Source of the DNA: a virus
DNA: 64,000 bases
Direction: 5' to 3' (one strand)
IMG/VR virus record: IMGVR_UViG_3300018080_000121
Span: 1-64,000 of that record
A program made the translations under genes and the position numbers. Shown in pieces: positions 9,978 through 19,415 of the stretch (the stretch's first letter is position 1; each line of letters starts with the position of its first letter). Below the pieces are notes generated by a model. The model worked only from the letters and a program-made list of their open reading frames with translations. It was not told the DNA's origin and did no database searches.

Positions 9978-11191
9978 ACCACTACCTCATAGACATATAA
10001 CTCAAGGAATTCTCCTTCCTTTAATATAACATCTGAGCTAATTGATAATATATTACCGCTATTTTCTATTGTATAATCATCACCGTATTCTAGTCTACCT
10101 TCTGAATTTTGTACTATTAAAAGTGTTTGATCTGTAATTGGTTCTGGTAGATCAATGAAAACTACAGATGTAGCATCTGCTTCTTGTGTGGTGATTTCAT
10201 GGAAGTATCTTATCTTAAATTGTCTTTCAGTTTTAGTAATTGCATCAACTTCATCAGGTAAATCAGGAGGAACTGTATCACTAATGCCATCTTGTAATCC
10301 TGAGTCCCATACAGTATCAATACTATCTTTTGCATCGGGTGCTTCATTATAATCAGGATATTCAGAGTATGTGTGTCCATATCGAAAATTAGTAACAATG
10401 CCTTCTGCAATATAATCACTATCAATTATAATAAAACTTGGTATCTCAAGTTCATATTCAATTGTTAATGATAAACGCCAATCAGCAAGAGAATCTAATC
10501 CACCATGTCTTGCTGATGCATCCGATATTCCTCTTAAGATGTATCGTGGTTTAATTTTTCCTGCTATGACCAATTCATTTCTATTTGTAGTTCTTACAAG
10601 ATGATCATAAGCACCAGCGCTATCCCAATCAAGTCCATAGGAAACACCAGTTTCGTCATTTTCGTATCTAAAGTTTTTAAGCTCATCAGGAATGATAATA
10701 AATGAATTGAAATATACAGGCGTGATTATTCTTCCTTCTCCTCCAAAATATTGCATCATTAAAAGTTTTACATCAAAATATTCATAAAAAGAATTTACCA
10801 GAATTAATAATTCAAACTCTCCTCGAAGTCTTGTAAACCCTACATTAATTTGAGTATTTGCATCTTTATAGATAGGTTCATATAGTCTTTGTATAAACCC
10901 TGAGTTTAAATTTGGAAATCTATAGAGTTGTTTTGCTCCGGAATTTGCTTCATCAAGGTTGAAGTCTCCTGAAGGGTTCAGAATCATAGATGTTAAATTT
11001 GGCATATCCATTTCGCGTCCTAGATTCATCTGTTCTTTTAGATAATCCACAGCTTTATCATATGTCCCTACAACGCGATAATTAGTTCTTGGATACATAT
11101 AATCTGCAAAGTAACTTAATGTATCCTCAATAAATCCACCAAATACATTATGTATAAACGTATAATGATAACCGTCTCTAGTCCTTGCCAT
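9974..11191 (-). CDS. Possible tail completion / sheath stabiliser (T4 gp15-like) with C-terminal extension
   Basis: RLRGEFELLILVNSFYEYFDVKLLMMQYF resembles the gp15 core by eye; weak. Confidence 0.35.
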   Translation of the reverse strand: MARTRDGYHYTFIHNVFGGFIEDTLSYFADYMYPRTNYRVVGTYDKAVDYLKEQMNLGREMDMPNLTSMILNPSGDFNLDEANSGAKQLYRFPNLNSGFIQRLYEPIYKDANTQINVGFTRLRGEFELLILVNSFYEYFDVKLLMMQYFGGEGRIITPVYFNSFIIIPDELKNFRYENDETGVSYGLDWDSAGAYDHLVRTTNRNELVIAGKIKPRYILRGISDASARHGGLDSLADWRLSLTIEYELEIPSFIIIDSDYIAEGIVTNFRYGHTYSEYPDYNEAPDAKDSIDTVWDSGLQDGISDTVPPDLPDEVDAITKTERQFKIRYFHEITTQEADATSVVFIDLPEPITDQTLLIVQNSEGRLEYGDDYTIENSGNILSISSDVILKEGEFLELYVYEVVV

Positions 11192-11828
11192 TCAATCCTA
11201 ACTCCTTGTCGACTTCAGAAAGAGTGATAATCTCTTTTTCATCTGATGGAACTGCAACAAGTTCTTGTTTTCCTTGCATTCCAGCAGTCAAACTCTCTTT
11301 ATGAAATTCGTCTAATAGTGATAATGCTCGTGATGTCCCTATTTGAATTCCTGTCGTCCTTACTACCTTTTTACCAAGCTTCTTAATAATATTTTGTCTC
11401 TCAGCAATTACGAACACAAACTCATTGCTATAACTTGTAAGAGTTAGTCCGTACAAAGTTAATGTATCAAAAAGTGTTCTATCATTAACTTCAATTTTTG
11501 ATAGTCTGAGAGTTTCATTGAAAAGAAAATTAACGTCGTAATAATAATCAGATTTGATATTTTCAAATTGATTAATGATATCCAGGGTTGTCTTCCTATA
11601 GTTGTGTAGTGTTAAGAATGTTTCACAGAATTTAGAAGACTCCAAATTCTTAAACATGTTCACTTTAACACCATGAGAAGCAACACTTCCTTCAAAATCT
11701 GCGTCAACACTAAAAAGTAAAAATGATGATCTCTTATTAAAGAATGTACCAATATTGTAATAACCATCCAGAAACGGGACTCTTAACATATAACTTCGAT
11801 CAAACGTTCTTCCAAGATTCAATGACAT
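11178..11828 (-). CDS. Hypothetical protein
   Basis: Long ORF in operon with SD. Confidence 0.7.
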   Translation of the reverse strand: MSLNLGRTFDRSYMLRVPFLDGYYNIGTFFNKRSSFLLFSVDADFEGSVASHGVKVNMFKNLESSKFCETFLTLHNYRKTTLDIINQFENIKSDYYYDVNFLFNETLRLSKIEVNDRTLFDTLTLYGLTLTSYSNEFVFVIAERQNIIKKLGKKVVRTTGIQIGTSRALSLLDEFHKESLTAGMQGKQELVAVPSDEKEIITLSEVDKELGLNGKD

Positions 11829-11843
11829 TCTAAATTCTCCTTT

Positions 11844-13772
11844 CTATAGGTCGAGGTTGGCTCCGCCCAACCAATCACCTTCACTTCCAGTGTTATCTTC
11901 TAGATTCTCGGTACCTTGTATTTTTGCAAGTATTAAGTCTTTCGAGATACATTCTTCAATCTTCATAAAGAAGGATTTATACCCCTCGTTCTTTTCAGAT
12001 TCATTCCAGACATACAATCCTTGAAGTACACTCTCATCAAGTTCTTGAGATGGAATTTCTGGATTGGAAAAATCATAGTTTGATTCTTCAAGTCCATCTA
12101 CAGCTCTAAGTAGCTTATCAACATACTTATCCTGAATAGAATCTTTAACGAACCTTATGTATCTAACAATGTTTGTTTCTTTCTTTGTAGGTTCCGTTTT
12201 ATGTTGGGTGCGTTTTGGCTTTCTCTTTTTAATCTGCAAATTACCAAAGAGACCCAAATAATCTTCATTGTCAGTTTCCTTTGAGGGATCAGCACCCAAA
12301 TGAACTTTCACTTCCAACGGAACAATCTCGTTTGTAATTTGTTCTAACTCAAAGGTATTTTTATAAGGAAGAATCACAGAATGGTCGTCATACGCAGCAT
12401 TATGCACAAGATCAATCGAACTGGTTTTTACTCCAGCTTCTAGAGCTTTCTCTACAATTGCTCCAACTTCTACAGGAGAAATATCTTTACAATTATTCAT
12501 TGTAAGCATTTCCTGATAATGTCGAAAGAAACCCTTCTCCAAATAATCCTTGTATTTTGATACTACATAATTCTTTATAGCTTCTGGATTTTGATGGTCA
12601 AGAAAACTAAAACATAATACGTCCATGAAGCATCTGGTAGCCATAAAAACCATTGCTCCATTTGAATAAGCATCTGAATTCACTGACTCTATTTTACTTC
12701 GGTATATTCTTAAGTAACTATTCATTAAGAGTATATCATGTGCAAGATCTGTGTTATATTGACTTGTTTCAGATGGAGAATATTTTAAGATGTTTGATGT
12801 AGCTGGAAGAGCCACATTATTTAACATATATTTTTGGAATGGAACTCTAAATAAGATGTTGGACATGTAACATATTGACTTATAATCATCGATAGACATT
12901 CCTGGAAACAACTCAACTCCCTCTCCTACTTTAAGATGTTTTATAATGGAGTCAAGTGGATTCGAGTCTGTCATAACAGCGGTCATCATCTGGTCGAAAA
13001 CCTGACAATCACCTTTTAAAATATTATCTAGAAAGTTACTTTGGAACTCTTGCGTGACAGGCTCCTGCGGCGCAACCACGTCACTGTCCAACTCCGGGAT
13101 CTTAACGTTATCTTCATTTTCCGTGACAAACTTCTCGAAGTCATCGATGTTACTGGTGTCGACGTCGATCGGCTCATCGTCGTGCGCAACCTCCTGTGGC
13201 GAAACTTGACCAACCAACTGTGATGGAAGAATCTTTAAACTAGCATTTATAGCTTTCTGTTCTTGTACGAGCATACTAAGCAGGTAACCATTTTTCATAC
13301 CTAACATTAGGTCAACGTATTTATCTTTAAACATTCGTGCTAGTTCTATAATTTCTTGACATTCCGAAAGTGGAATTATCACCTTACCTTCATCAGATGG
13401 TCCAAATACTATTCTAATAACTACCAGTCTATCACCTGTGTTTGGGTCTTTACGAAATTCAAATATGAGATCTCTTTTCTTGTTATATCTTTTTGTGATA
13501 TCTCCTGATTCAGGATTGTCATAGATTTCTTTGAGATTAGGAGCAACGGTGTTGAATGTTCTTACTAAATCACTAACGTTTGACCTACAGATACTACAAA
13601 CTCTCCTTTTCCTATTATTATCAATTGAGATAGAAAACCTAGGTTTTGAGAAGTTGATATAGTCAGTTGTCGTTACAACAATTGAGATATCTAAATACCC
13701 ATCAGAATGATATGCATTATCTTTGTATGAGTAAAGAGATTGATTAATCCAAATTACTTCTTCATTATACAT
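11844..13772 (-). CDS. Hypothetical 642-aa protein with acidic linker
   Basis: Long ORF with SD AAGGA; no family recognised. Confidence 0.75.
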   Translation of the reverse strand: MYNEEVIWINQSLYSYKDNAYHSDGYLDISIVVTTTDYINFSKPRFSISIDNNRKRRVCSICRSNVSDLVRTFNTVAPNLKEIYDNPESGDITKRYNKKRDLIFEFRKDPNTGDRLVVIRIVFGPSDEGKVIIPLSECQEIIELARMFKDKYVDLMLGMKNGYLLSMLVQEQKAINASLKILPSQLVGQVSPQEVAHDDEPIDVDTSNIDDFEKFVTENEDNVKIPELDSDVVAPQEPVTQEFQSNFLDNILKGDCQVFDQMMTAVMTDSNPLDSIIKHLKVGEGVELFPGMSIDDYKSICYMSNILFRVPFQKYMLNNVALPATSNILKYSPSETSQYNTDLAHDILLMNSYLRIYRSKIESVNSDAYSNGAMVFMATRCFMDVLCFSFLDHQNPEAIKNYVVSKYKDYLEKGFFRHYQEMLTMNNCKDISPVEVGAIVEKALEAGVKTSSIDLVHNAAYDDHSVILPYKNTFELEQITNEIVPLEVKVHLGADPSKETDNEDYLGLFGNLQIKKRKPKRTQHKTEPTKKETNIVRYIRFVKDSIQDKYVDKLLRAVDGLEESNYDFSNPEIPSQELDESVLQGLYVWNESEKNEGYKSFFMKIEECISKDLILAKIQGTENLEDNTGSEGDWLGGANLDL

Positions 13773-13950
13773 TTCCTTTAATCTCCTTTCTAATTCTTAT
13801 TCTATATTTATTTTAGATGTCGCCCGAAGGGTGACTATAGATTAAAAGCTTAAAAGCTTTATCATTATATGATTATAGGGTTTTTGTGTGTTGTAAATCC
13901 ATAGAATTATTCCATATTTTAAAATGTAATAATAACATAAAATGGTTATT

Positions 13951-15180
13951 TTAAAACGCATGACTGAGTCCTTGGAAATCTTCTAGGAGATTATCAACCG
14001 TAATCGCGTTTTTACATTCTTTTTTTTGTTCTTTTTCTTTAGCCAGAACCCAAGCACGTCTTAATTCATCAATTTCCCTCAAACGACTTATATCTTCTTT
14101 CAATTGTTGATTGTCTTCTATTATCTTTTGATTTTGTTGAACTAATGTAGTTAACAAATCAACTACTTGTTCTTGATGCGATTTCTTTTTTGGTTTCTTT
14201 GGGTTTTCTATATTACCACGTCTTACTAAAAAATGATATCTTGTCAAATCCATATTAGTTACTTCAATTAAACCAGTAGTTTCCAATTCTCTTATCCAAC
14301 TAACGACCATATTTTTTCTTACAGAATCTACATTAGTTCTAATTCCCAAATCTGTTACAATTTCTTCAATTTTCAAAGTTTTTTGAACCATCCTATTCAA
14401 ATGGATTAAGTAGCGTCTAAAGATGAGATTTGCATTAGGCGAGAGGGAATACAAAATCTTAGCTAGTTCAGGTTTAATAATAGAATAACCTTGGGACATA
14501 ATATTGTGAGTAAATAACGTTCCTAAAATAGTATCAAAATTGAAGGTGTAGGTTGAACCATATACACCTTGATCTTGTTTTTCTTCTACAAAAAATAAAG
14601 GTGAGAAATATTTATTTTGATATTTTTTTTGAAATGTTGTTTCTAATTTTTTCTTCTTAGTCTTTTTTCTATTTCCATTTGAGTTAATTATTGTTTTGAT
14701 GCTATAACTTGTTTTTACATTACATGTAGCTATTTTGTTAATAGTTTGTCGTAATTTTGCTGTACTCATTCCTTTAAGAGGAAGAGACTTTAACATTTCT
14801 TTACTAGTTCTTGAGAATTTAAAAGGTTTACAGGTTCCTCTTAGAGTTTCTAAATCTTTGGGATGCACATTAGGTTCTTCACAATCAGCTATGAATCCTA
14901 CATTAGTTGAGAAAGGTAATTGTTGGAGAATGCTACCATTAGCAGAAACAGTGCTGATATTATGTTTCTTCTTAATTATACTCTCAAAATGTAGCTGGCA
15001 CTCAGTGGCTAAATAATCCATTAAATTAAAACAATAAACATCCCACGTACAATTTTTCTCAGATTCAAATTTCCCATGACTTGCATTCACTTTATACCCA
15101 TTAGATAAATCATTTCCTCTTTTCTTTTCGATAGGTAAAAATGCTTGGTTTACTCCACGTTCACTAATCAATCCGATCAT
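13951..15180 (-). CDS. Possible RepA/TrfA-like winged-helix replication initiator
   Basis: C-terminal LYSLSPNANLIFRRYL...LKIEEIVTDLGI...WIRELETTGLI pattern typical of Rep winged helices; isolated by AT-rich spacers at the strand switch. Confidence 0.4.
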   Translation of the reverse strand: MIGLISERGVNQAFLPIEKKRGNDLSNGYKVNASHGKFESEKNCTWDVYCFNLMDYLATECQLHFESIIKKKHNISTVSANGSILQQLPFSTNVGFIADCEEPNVHPKDLETLRGTCKPFKFSRTSKEMLKSLPLKGMSTAKLRQTINKIATCNVKTSYSIKTIINSNGNRKKTKKKKLETTFQKKYQNKYFSPLFFVEEKQDQGVYGSTYTFNFDTILGTLFTHNIMSQGYSIIKPELAKILYSLSPNANLIFRRYLIHLNRMVQKTLKIEEIVTDLGIRTNVDSVRKNMVVSWIRELETTGLIEVTNMDLTRYHFLVRRGNIENPKKPKKKSHQEQVVDLLTTLVQQNQKIIEDNQQLKEDISRLREIDELRRAWVLAKEKEQKKECKNAITVDNLLEDFQGLSHAF

Positions 15181-15265
15181 AAATGTCTCCTTTCACACTA
15201 AACCTATTTTAACATTTGTTACTAAACTATAGGAAATTTTCTTAATTAGATTATTAGAACCAAAC

Positions 15266-15277
15266 TATATATATTAC
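15266..15277 (+). promoter_or_regulatory. TATATATATTAC motif (candidate early promoter)
   Basis: Recurs at 27470, 40174 and 51918, ahead of DNA-metabolism operons. Confidence 0.5.
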
Positions 15278-15334
15278 TATATGTATGGGAACATATTTGT
15301 TTCTATATGAACAAAAGTTTAAAAGGAGACAGAC

Positions 15335-15520
15335 ATGTATGAATTTTTAACTGGAGTAATTGACAGTGCAAAGGAAAGAATCAGACGGTACTTCCAAAAG
15401 AATGAAGTACAAGATTTCCTTATGTGGTGTTTTGTATATGGATTCTTAGCCGTCATATTAATATTTGGTGTAGTCCCTTGGTTAATCGGTTTAGGGATGT
15501 ATATTTATTGGATATTCTAA
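15335..15520 (+). CDS. Small membrane protein
   Basis: SD AAGGAG; C-terminal hydrophobic stretch. Confidence 0.65.
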   Translation: MYEFLTGVIDSAKERIRRYFQKNEVQDFLMWCFVYGFLAVILIFGVVPWLIGLGMYIYWIF

Positions 15521-15538
15521 CTAGGAGGTGATGGGAGG

Positions 15539-16213
15539 ATGAGTGTAACGACTAGAGAAAAGAAGATGGCGTTGTTAGTATTTGTAGTTTGTAGTTTGCT
15601 ATTATTGTTGAATATGGGAATGTTATTGTTTAACGCAAAAATGATGAAATCAATTCAGGACACCATTGTAGAAATTACGAACAAACCGGAACCAAAACCT
15701 GAGGTCATTGCTCAGATAGTTGACCCTTTTGAGCTGAGCAAAGATATGGAGATTCTGTCCTCCTACATCCAATCAAGAAATAATAGGATTGCTGTTGAGA
15801 TAGCGGATAGAATTGCTTGGGAGATTCATAATCAAGCTGAGTTGCAAAATATGGAGATTGGAGTTATATGTGGAGTTATTGAAACTGAGTCCACATGGAA
15901 CCCATTTGCAACATCTCCCAAAGGCGCAAAAGGATTAATGCAAATACTCAAAGAAGATGGAGTTGAAATTGATCCTAAATGTGCTTATGACCTCAGGTAT
16001 AATATTCAAAAGGGTGTGGAGATTTTAAAGTCTAAACTCCAGAAATCAAAAGGGAATTTGGACCTAGCTCTTCACTGGTATGTTGGGAAAGAAGATGGAT
16101 ATACCGAGAAAGTGTTTAAACACATGAATCGGTATGTTGCATACAAAACTCGAATTGCGACCACGGAGGAGAACGTTGATCGAACTGACGAAGCAACAGG
16201 AGAAAGTGTGTAA
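15539..16213 (+). CDS. Lytic transglycosylase (SLT domain) with N-terminal membrane anchor
   Basis: VIETESTWNPFATSPKGAKGLMQI catalytic motif; hydrophobic residues 9-31. Confidence 0.9.
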   Translation: MSVTTREKKMALLVFVVCSLLLLLNMGMLLFNAKMMKSIQDTIVEITNKPEPKPEVIAQIVDPFELSKDMEILSSYIQSRNNRIAVEIADRIAWEIHNQAELQNMEIGVICGVIETESTWNPFATSPKGAKGLMQILKEDGVEIDPKCAYDLRYNIQKGVEILKSKLQKSKGNLDLALHWYVGKEDGYTEKVFKHMNRYVAYKTRIATTEENVDRTDEATGESV

Positions 16214-17408
16214 CAATGTAATTGATTGGTACAACTCAAACCTGTCCCAGTATGTTACAGTTGGTGGATATGCTGGGACAGGAAAAACATCAATCATTCC
16301 TTATCTTGTAGATTACTTAAGACGAGGAAGGTGGGGTCGTCTTGCTTTTGCTGCATTCACAGGAAAAGCTAGTTTTGTTATGAAGACAAAATTAAGGGAA
16401 GCTGGAGTAATAGATCCAGATGACTTTTGTGGGACATTACATAGTTTAATGTATGTTCCATTGATGAAAGAAGTGAAAATCAAGGGGGTTAAAAAGAAAG
16501 TCATCAGCGGTTGGAGAAAGAAAGAAGATCTTGATGTGACTGCAGTAATTGTAGATGAAGCATCTATGGTTAATAGAGAATTATGGAATGACTTGCTGTC
16601 TTATGATGTGCCAATTATTGCAATTGGAGACCATGGTCAATTACCCCCTGTAGGTGGTAAATTCAATTTAATGCAGTCCCCTCAATTAATGCTAACCAAA
16701 GTTCATCGACAAGCACTTGATAGCCCTATTATTCAACTTTCGCAAAGAGTACGACAAACTGGAAAACTCGTCTTAGGTTATCCAAAGTCATTACACCAAC
16801 CGGTGTTTGCAATGAATTGGAGAGACCCAAGATGCCAAAATACATTCAAAGGTATTAACTTCCAACAAGATATCATTTGTTTATGTGGGTTTAACTCAAC
16901 TCGAGTAGAGTTGAATAATATGATTCGAGAGAAGAAAAAATGGAAAATGAAATTTCCTTATCTGGGTGAACGAATGATATGTCTTCGTAACAATCATAAC
17001 AGCGGTGTAATGAATGGTCAAATTGGTACACTGACCTTTGGTATGCCTTCTGGTCATCCTGGATTAATGAACGCAACCGTTAAGATGGATGGTATTGGAG
17101 ATGATTATCTTACCTTGATATATGATGGTTGTTTTGGTCAGGTTTCTTACGACGAAGTCTTTGAGATGAATCTTCGTAAGAAATATGAAAAGGCGATGAA
17201 AGACCATGGTTGTATTAACCTTGACCTTTTTGACTATGGTTACGCGATCACCGTCCATAAGTCACAGGGGAGTGAATGGGATAAGGTTATACTATTTGAC
17301 CAAAGGAATAAATATCAAAACGATGATGATTATCGTAGGTGGTTGTACACAGCAGTTACTAGAGCAAGGGAGAAATTATTTGTGATTTATAACTACAACA
17401 ACTGGTAG
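16176..17408 (+). CDS. SF1B Dda/RecD2-like helicase
   Basis: GYAGTGKT, VDEASMV, GDHGQLPPV, YAITVHKSQGSEWD, LYTAVTRA; TTG start after GGAGGAG. Confidence 0.92.
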   Translation: MIELTKQQEKVCNNVIDWYNSNLSQYVTVGGYAGTGKTSIIPYLVDYLRRGRWGRLAFAAFTGKASFVMKTKLREAGVIDPDDFCGTLHSLMYVPLMKEVKIKGVKKKVISGWRKKEDLDVTAVIVDEASMVNRELWNDLLSYDVPIIAIGDHGQLPPVGGKFNLMQSPQLMLTKVHRQALDSPIIQLSQRVRQTGKLVLGYPKSLHQPVFAMNWRDPRCQNTFKGINFQQDIICLCGFNSTRVELNNMIREKKKWKMKFPYLGERMICLRNNHNSGVMNGQIGTLTFGMPSGHPGLMNATVKMDGIGDDYLTLIYDGCFGQVSYDEVFEMNLRKKYEKAMKDHGCINLDLFDYGYAITVHKSQGSEWDKVILFDQRNKYQNDDDYRRWLYTAVTRAREKLFVIYNYNNW

Positions 17409-17418
17409 GGAGGATGTT

Positions 17419-17958
17419 GTGAGAGGATTAACGGTAGGATTATGTGTGATAGTTGGGATGCTGTTTATACTTCTTATTCAAGCTGGTGCCCAACTGTGGT
17501 TTGGAAGGGAAGCTGTATATCTATTCCTCAAAGGAACAAGAGAAGCAAACCCAATATTTTCATGGACAATCTTTCCTCTTGGGTGTGTTGCGATACCTTT
17601 CGGAATTTATATGGCAATAAGGTTCGATAATGAGATTCTTCCTAAACGATATTATATGGAATATTCTCAAGCGGTTGGATGGGGAGTTATGACTGATGTC
17701 GCTGTTTTTGAGTCATGTTCTCTACGAGGTGCATTCAATCATATAAGAGAATGGTCAATGTACACATCTCGACATAGACATTGCTCCTTTGAACAATTCA
17801 AGTGGTATGTGTGGATGGGAAGGTGTTCAGTAGATTGTTTATTTCCTGTTCCTAAGAGGTTAAAGGATATGACGGACCAAGAGGTTAAAGAATACTACCA
17901 AGACAAAAAACTTGGGAAAGGGTTTCGAGAAAAGATAAAGGGGAAAAGAGAAGAATGA
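17419..17958 (+). CDS. Hypothetical membrane protein
   Basis: Two N-terminal hydrophobic segments; SD GGAGG. Confidence 0.65.
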   Translation: MRGLTVGLCVIVGMLFILLIQAGAQLWFGREAVYLFLKGTREANPIFSWTIFPLGCVAIPFGIYMAIRFDNEILPKRYYMEYSQAVGWGVMTDVAVFESCSLRGAFNHIREWSMYTSRHRHCSFEQFKWYVWMGRCSVDCLFPVPKRLKDMTDQEVKEYYQDKKLGKGFREKIKGKREE

Positions 17959-18467
17959 AACAACCCTTATTTAGAGAATGGGTAAATGAGTTACCTTGGA
18001 AAATGCAAACGGTAATGGTACAGGGGTTAAGGGCGCCAGACACTCATTTCTGTAAGAATATGAAAGACATATGTAGATGGATGAGGAGTCTGGTCTTCCA
18101 TAACGCTGACAAAAATCATACGTTTATGTGCGAAAAAAATAAACGACTTCCACAATGGAGTGATATCGAAAATGAGATAAATTATTGCTCATTACATTGT
18201 GCAACCCATTTCATATATGCGCTAGAAATAATAGCGTATAAATATCCATTGGAAAAAGGGAGAAGTAATCTGGCAATGTATCTTTACGAGGGACTTGTAC
18301 ATCATATGTGTCATTTTGCAATTGAGACTGAGGATGAATTAGATGTCAGATTATCTGATGTAGAAGAAAGACCTGAGTTGTGTATTGCGATTTGTAGACC
18401 AGAACCTGAGCCAGAACCTAAAACATGTCCATCTGGAAGAGCGGACAATTATTCATGGAGGCCTTAA
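17955..18467 (+). CDS. Hypothetical protein
   Basis: ATGA-coupled ORF. Confidence 0.7.
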   Translation: MKQPLFREWVNELPWKMQTVMVQGLRAPDTHFCKNMKDICRWMRSLVFHNADKNHTFMCEKNKRLPQWSDIENEINYCSLHCATHFIYALEIIAYKYPLEKGRSNLAMYLYEGLVHHMCHFAIETEDELDVRLSDVEERPELCIAICRPEPEPEPKTCPSGRADNYSWRP

Positions 18468-18483
18468 ATTGAATTGGAAGGAT

Positions 18484-18549
18484 GTGATTAACATCATCAT
18501 CATTATAGGTGGACTCGCAGTCTTATTAATGGAATGTGGATTTTTTTAG
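18484..18549 (+). CDS. 21-aa hydrophobic peptide (not in ORF track)
   Basis: GTG after GGAAGG; MINIIIIIGGLAVLLMECGFF. Confidence 0.3.
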   Translation: MINIIIIIGGLAVLLMECGFF

Positions 18550-18557
18550 GAGGGTAG

Positions 18558-18686
18558 ATGAAAGCGCCAAATGAATGGTGGAGATTGATTGATGGATTGA
18601 TGACAGGTGTTATATTAATCGCACTTGGAATTTGGTTGGTCACCGTAACCGGTTTTGCAGACTGGTTAAAAAGGGTGTTAGAATGA
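18558..18686 (+). CDS. 42-aa single-pass membrane peptide (not in ORF track)
   Basis: SD GGAGG; MKAPNEWWRLIDGLMTGVILIALGIWLVTVTGFADWLKRVLE; stop overlaps the next ATG. Confidence 0.6.
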   Translation: MKAPNEWWRLIDGLMTGVILIALGIWLVTVTGFADWLKRVLE

Positions 18687-19060
18687 AAAAGTTTTGGAAA
18701 TGGGTAGGATATATTATAGAGGTGACGGAGGACACTTTCTGGGCGCACCTTGAAGATAAAACAGATCCAACCAAACCTGACATGGAAGCTGAAATTCCAA
18801 AAGACCAAATCAGAGAGCGAGATCGAGAGTGGATTCAAGTAGGTGCTTACTTTTCGTTTTACATCAGGTATTATGAGGGAGAACCAGATAAGGAATCTCG
18901 TGCATTTTTTCATTTTATTAAAGCTAGATGGACAGAGGAGGATGTCCAACGAGCAAAGGAACGTGCAACGGAACTATCTAGATTTTTCGTGGAACGAGAA
19001 ACCACAGAAGAAAAACTAAGACGAGTAGTAGAGTACATGAAAAAAGAGTTTCCGGACTAA
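18683..19060 (+). CDS. Hypothetical protein
   Basis: ATGA-coupled start at 18683. Confidence 0.7.
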   Translation: MKKFWKWVGYIIEVTEDTFWAHLEDKTDPTKPDMEAEIPKDQIRERDREWIQVGAYFSFYIRYYEGEPDKESRAFFHFIKARWTEEDVQRAKERATELSRFFVERETTEEKLRRVVEYMKKEFPD

Positions 19061-19078
19061 TTCGGACTCTTTTTTTTT
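19046..19078 (+). terminator. Rho-independent terminator
   Basis: GAG..TCCGGA-CTAA-TTCGGA.CTC hairpin followed by a T run. Confidence 0.75.
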
Positions 19079-19127
19079 GTTTGAATTTTCTTATGAAACT
19101 ATTTTGTCAAAAGGTAACATAAACCAA

Positions 19128-19406
19128 ATGAAAGAGTATGTTAGGAGGTATGTTGAAATGGAAATGGCAAACCCCATTTGTAACCAATGTGGAACAGCTC
19201 ACCCAGCATTGCAACCGGGTGAAAAATGTCCAATGATGCCTGAAAAATCAAAAGCTGGGATTGCACTAGACTTTAATCTAATTTTTGAACCATTAAAAAC
19301 AATTTTAAAAGCTCAAGTTGATATGAAAGGAATCCAAGATTTTGATAAATTTTGTAAGTATATGATTGTAGAAATTACAAAATCTGCAGAAGCTTACAAA
19401 GAGTAA
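19128..19406 (+). CDS. Small Zn-ribbon protein
   Basis: CNQC..H..CP; ATG 19128 chosen over TTG 19077. Confidence 0.55.
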   Translation: MKEYVRRYVEMEMANPICNQCGTAHPALQPGEKCPMMPEKSKAGIALDFNLIFEPLKTILKAQVDMKGIQDFDKFCKYMIVEITKSAEAYKE

Positions 19407-19415
19407 GGAGGAGAA

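Noticed and set aside
13819-13835. GTCGCCC-GAA-GGGTGAC mini-hairpin
   Set aside because: Only 7 bp; on the transcribed minus strand it has an A.C mismatch and no U tract, so it cannot be told from chance
15184-15330. 10-bp inverted repeat TGTCTCCTTT / AAAGGAGACA across the divergent spacer
   Set aside because: Largely explained by the two divergent Shine-Dalgarno sequences
15335-16213. Holin plus SAR-endolysin lysis cassette
   Set aside because: The topology is compatible, but no spanins are adjacent and the genes lead a replication operon; not supportable
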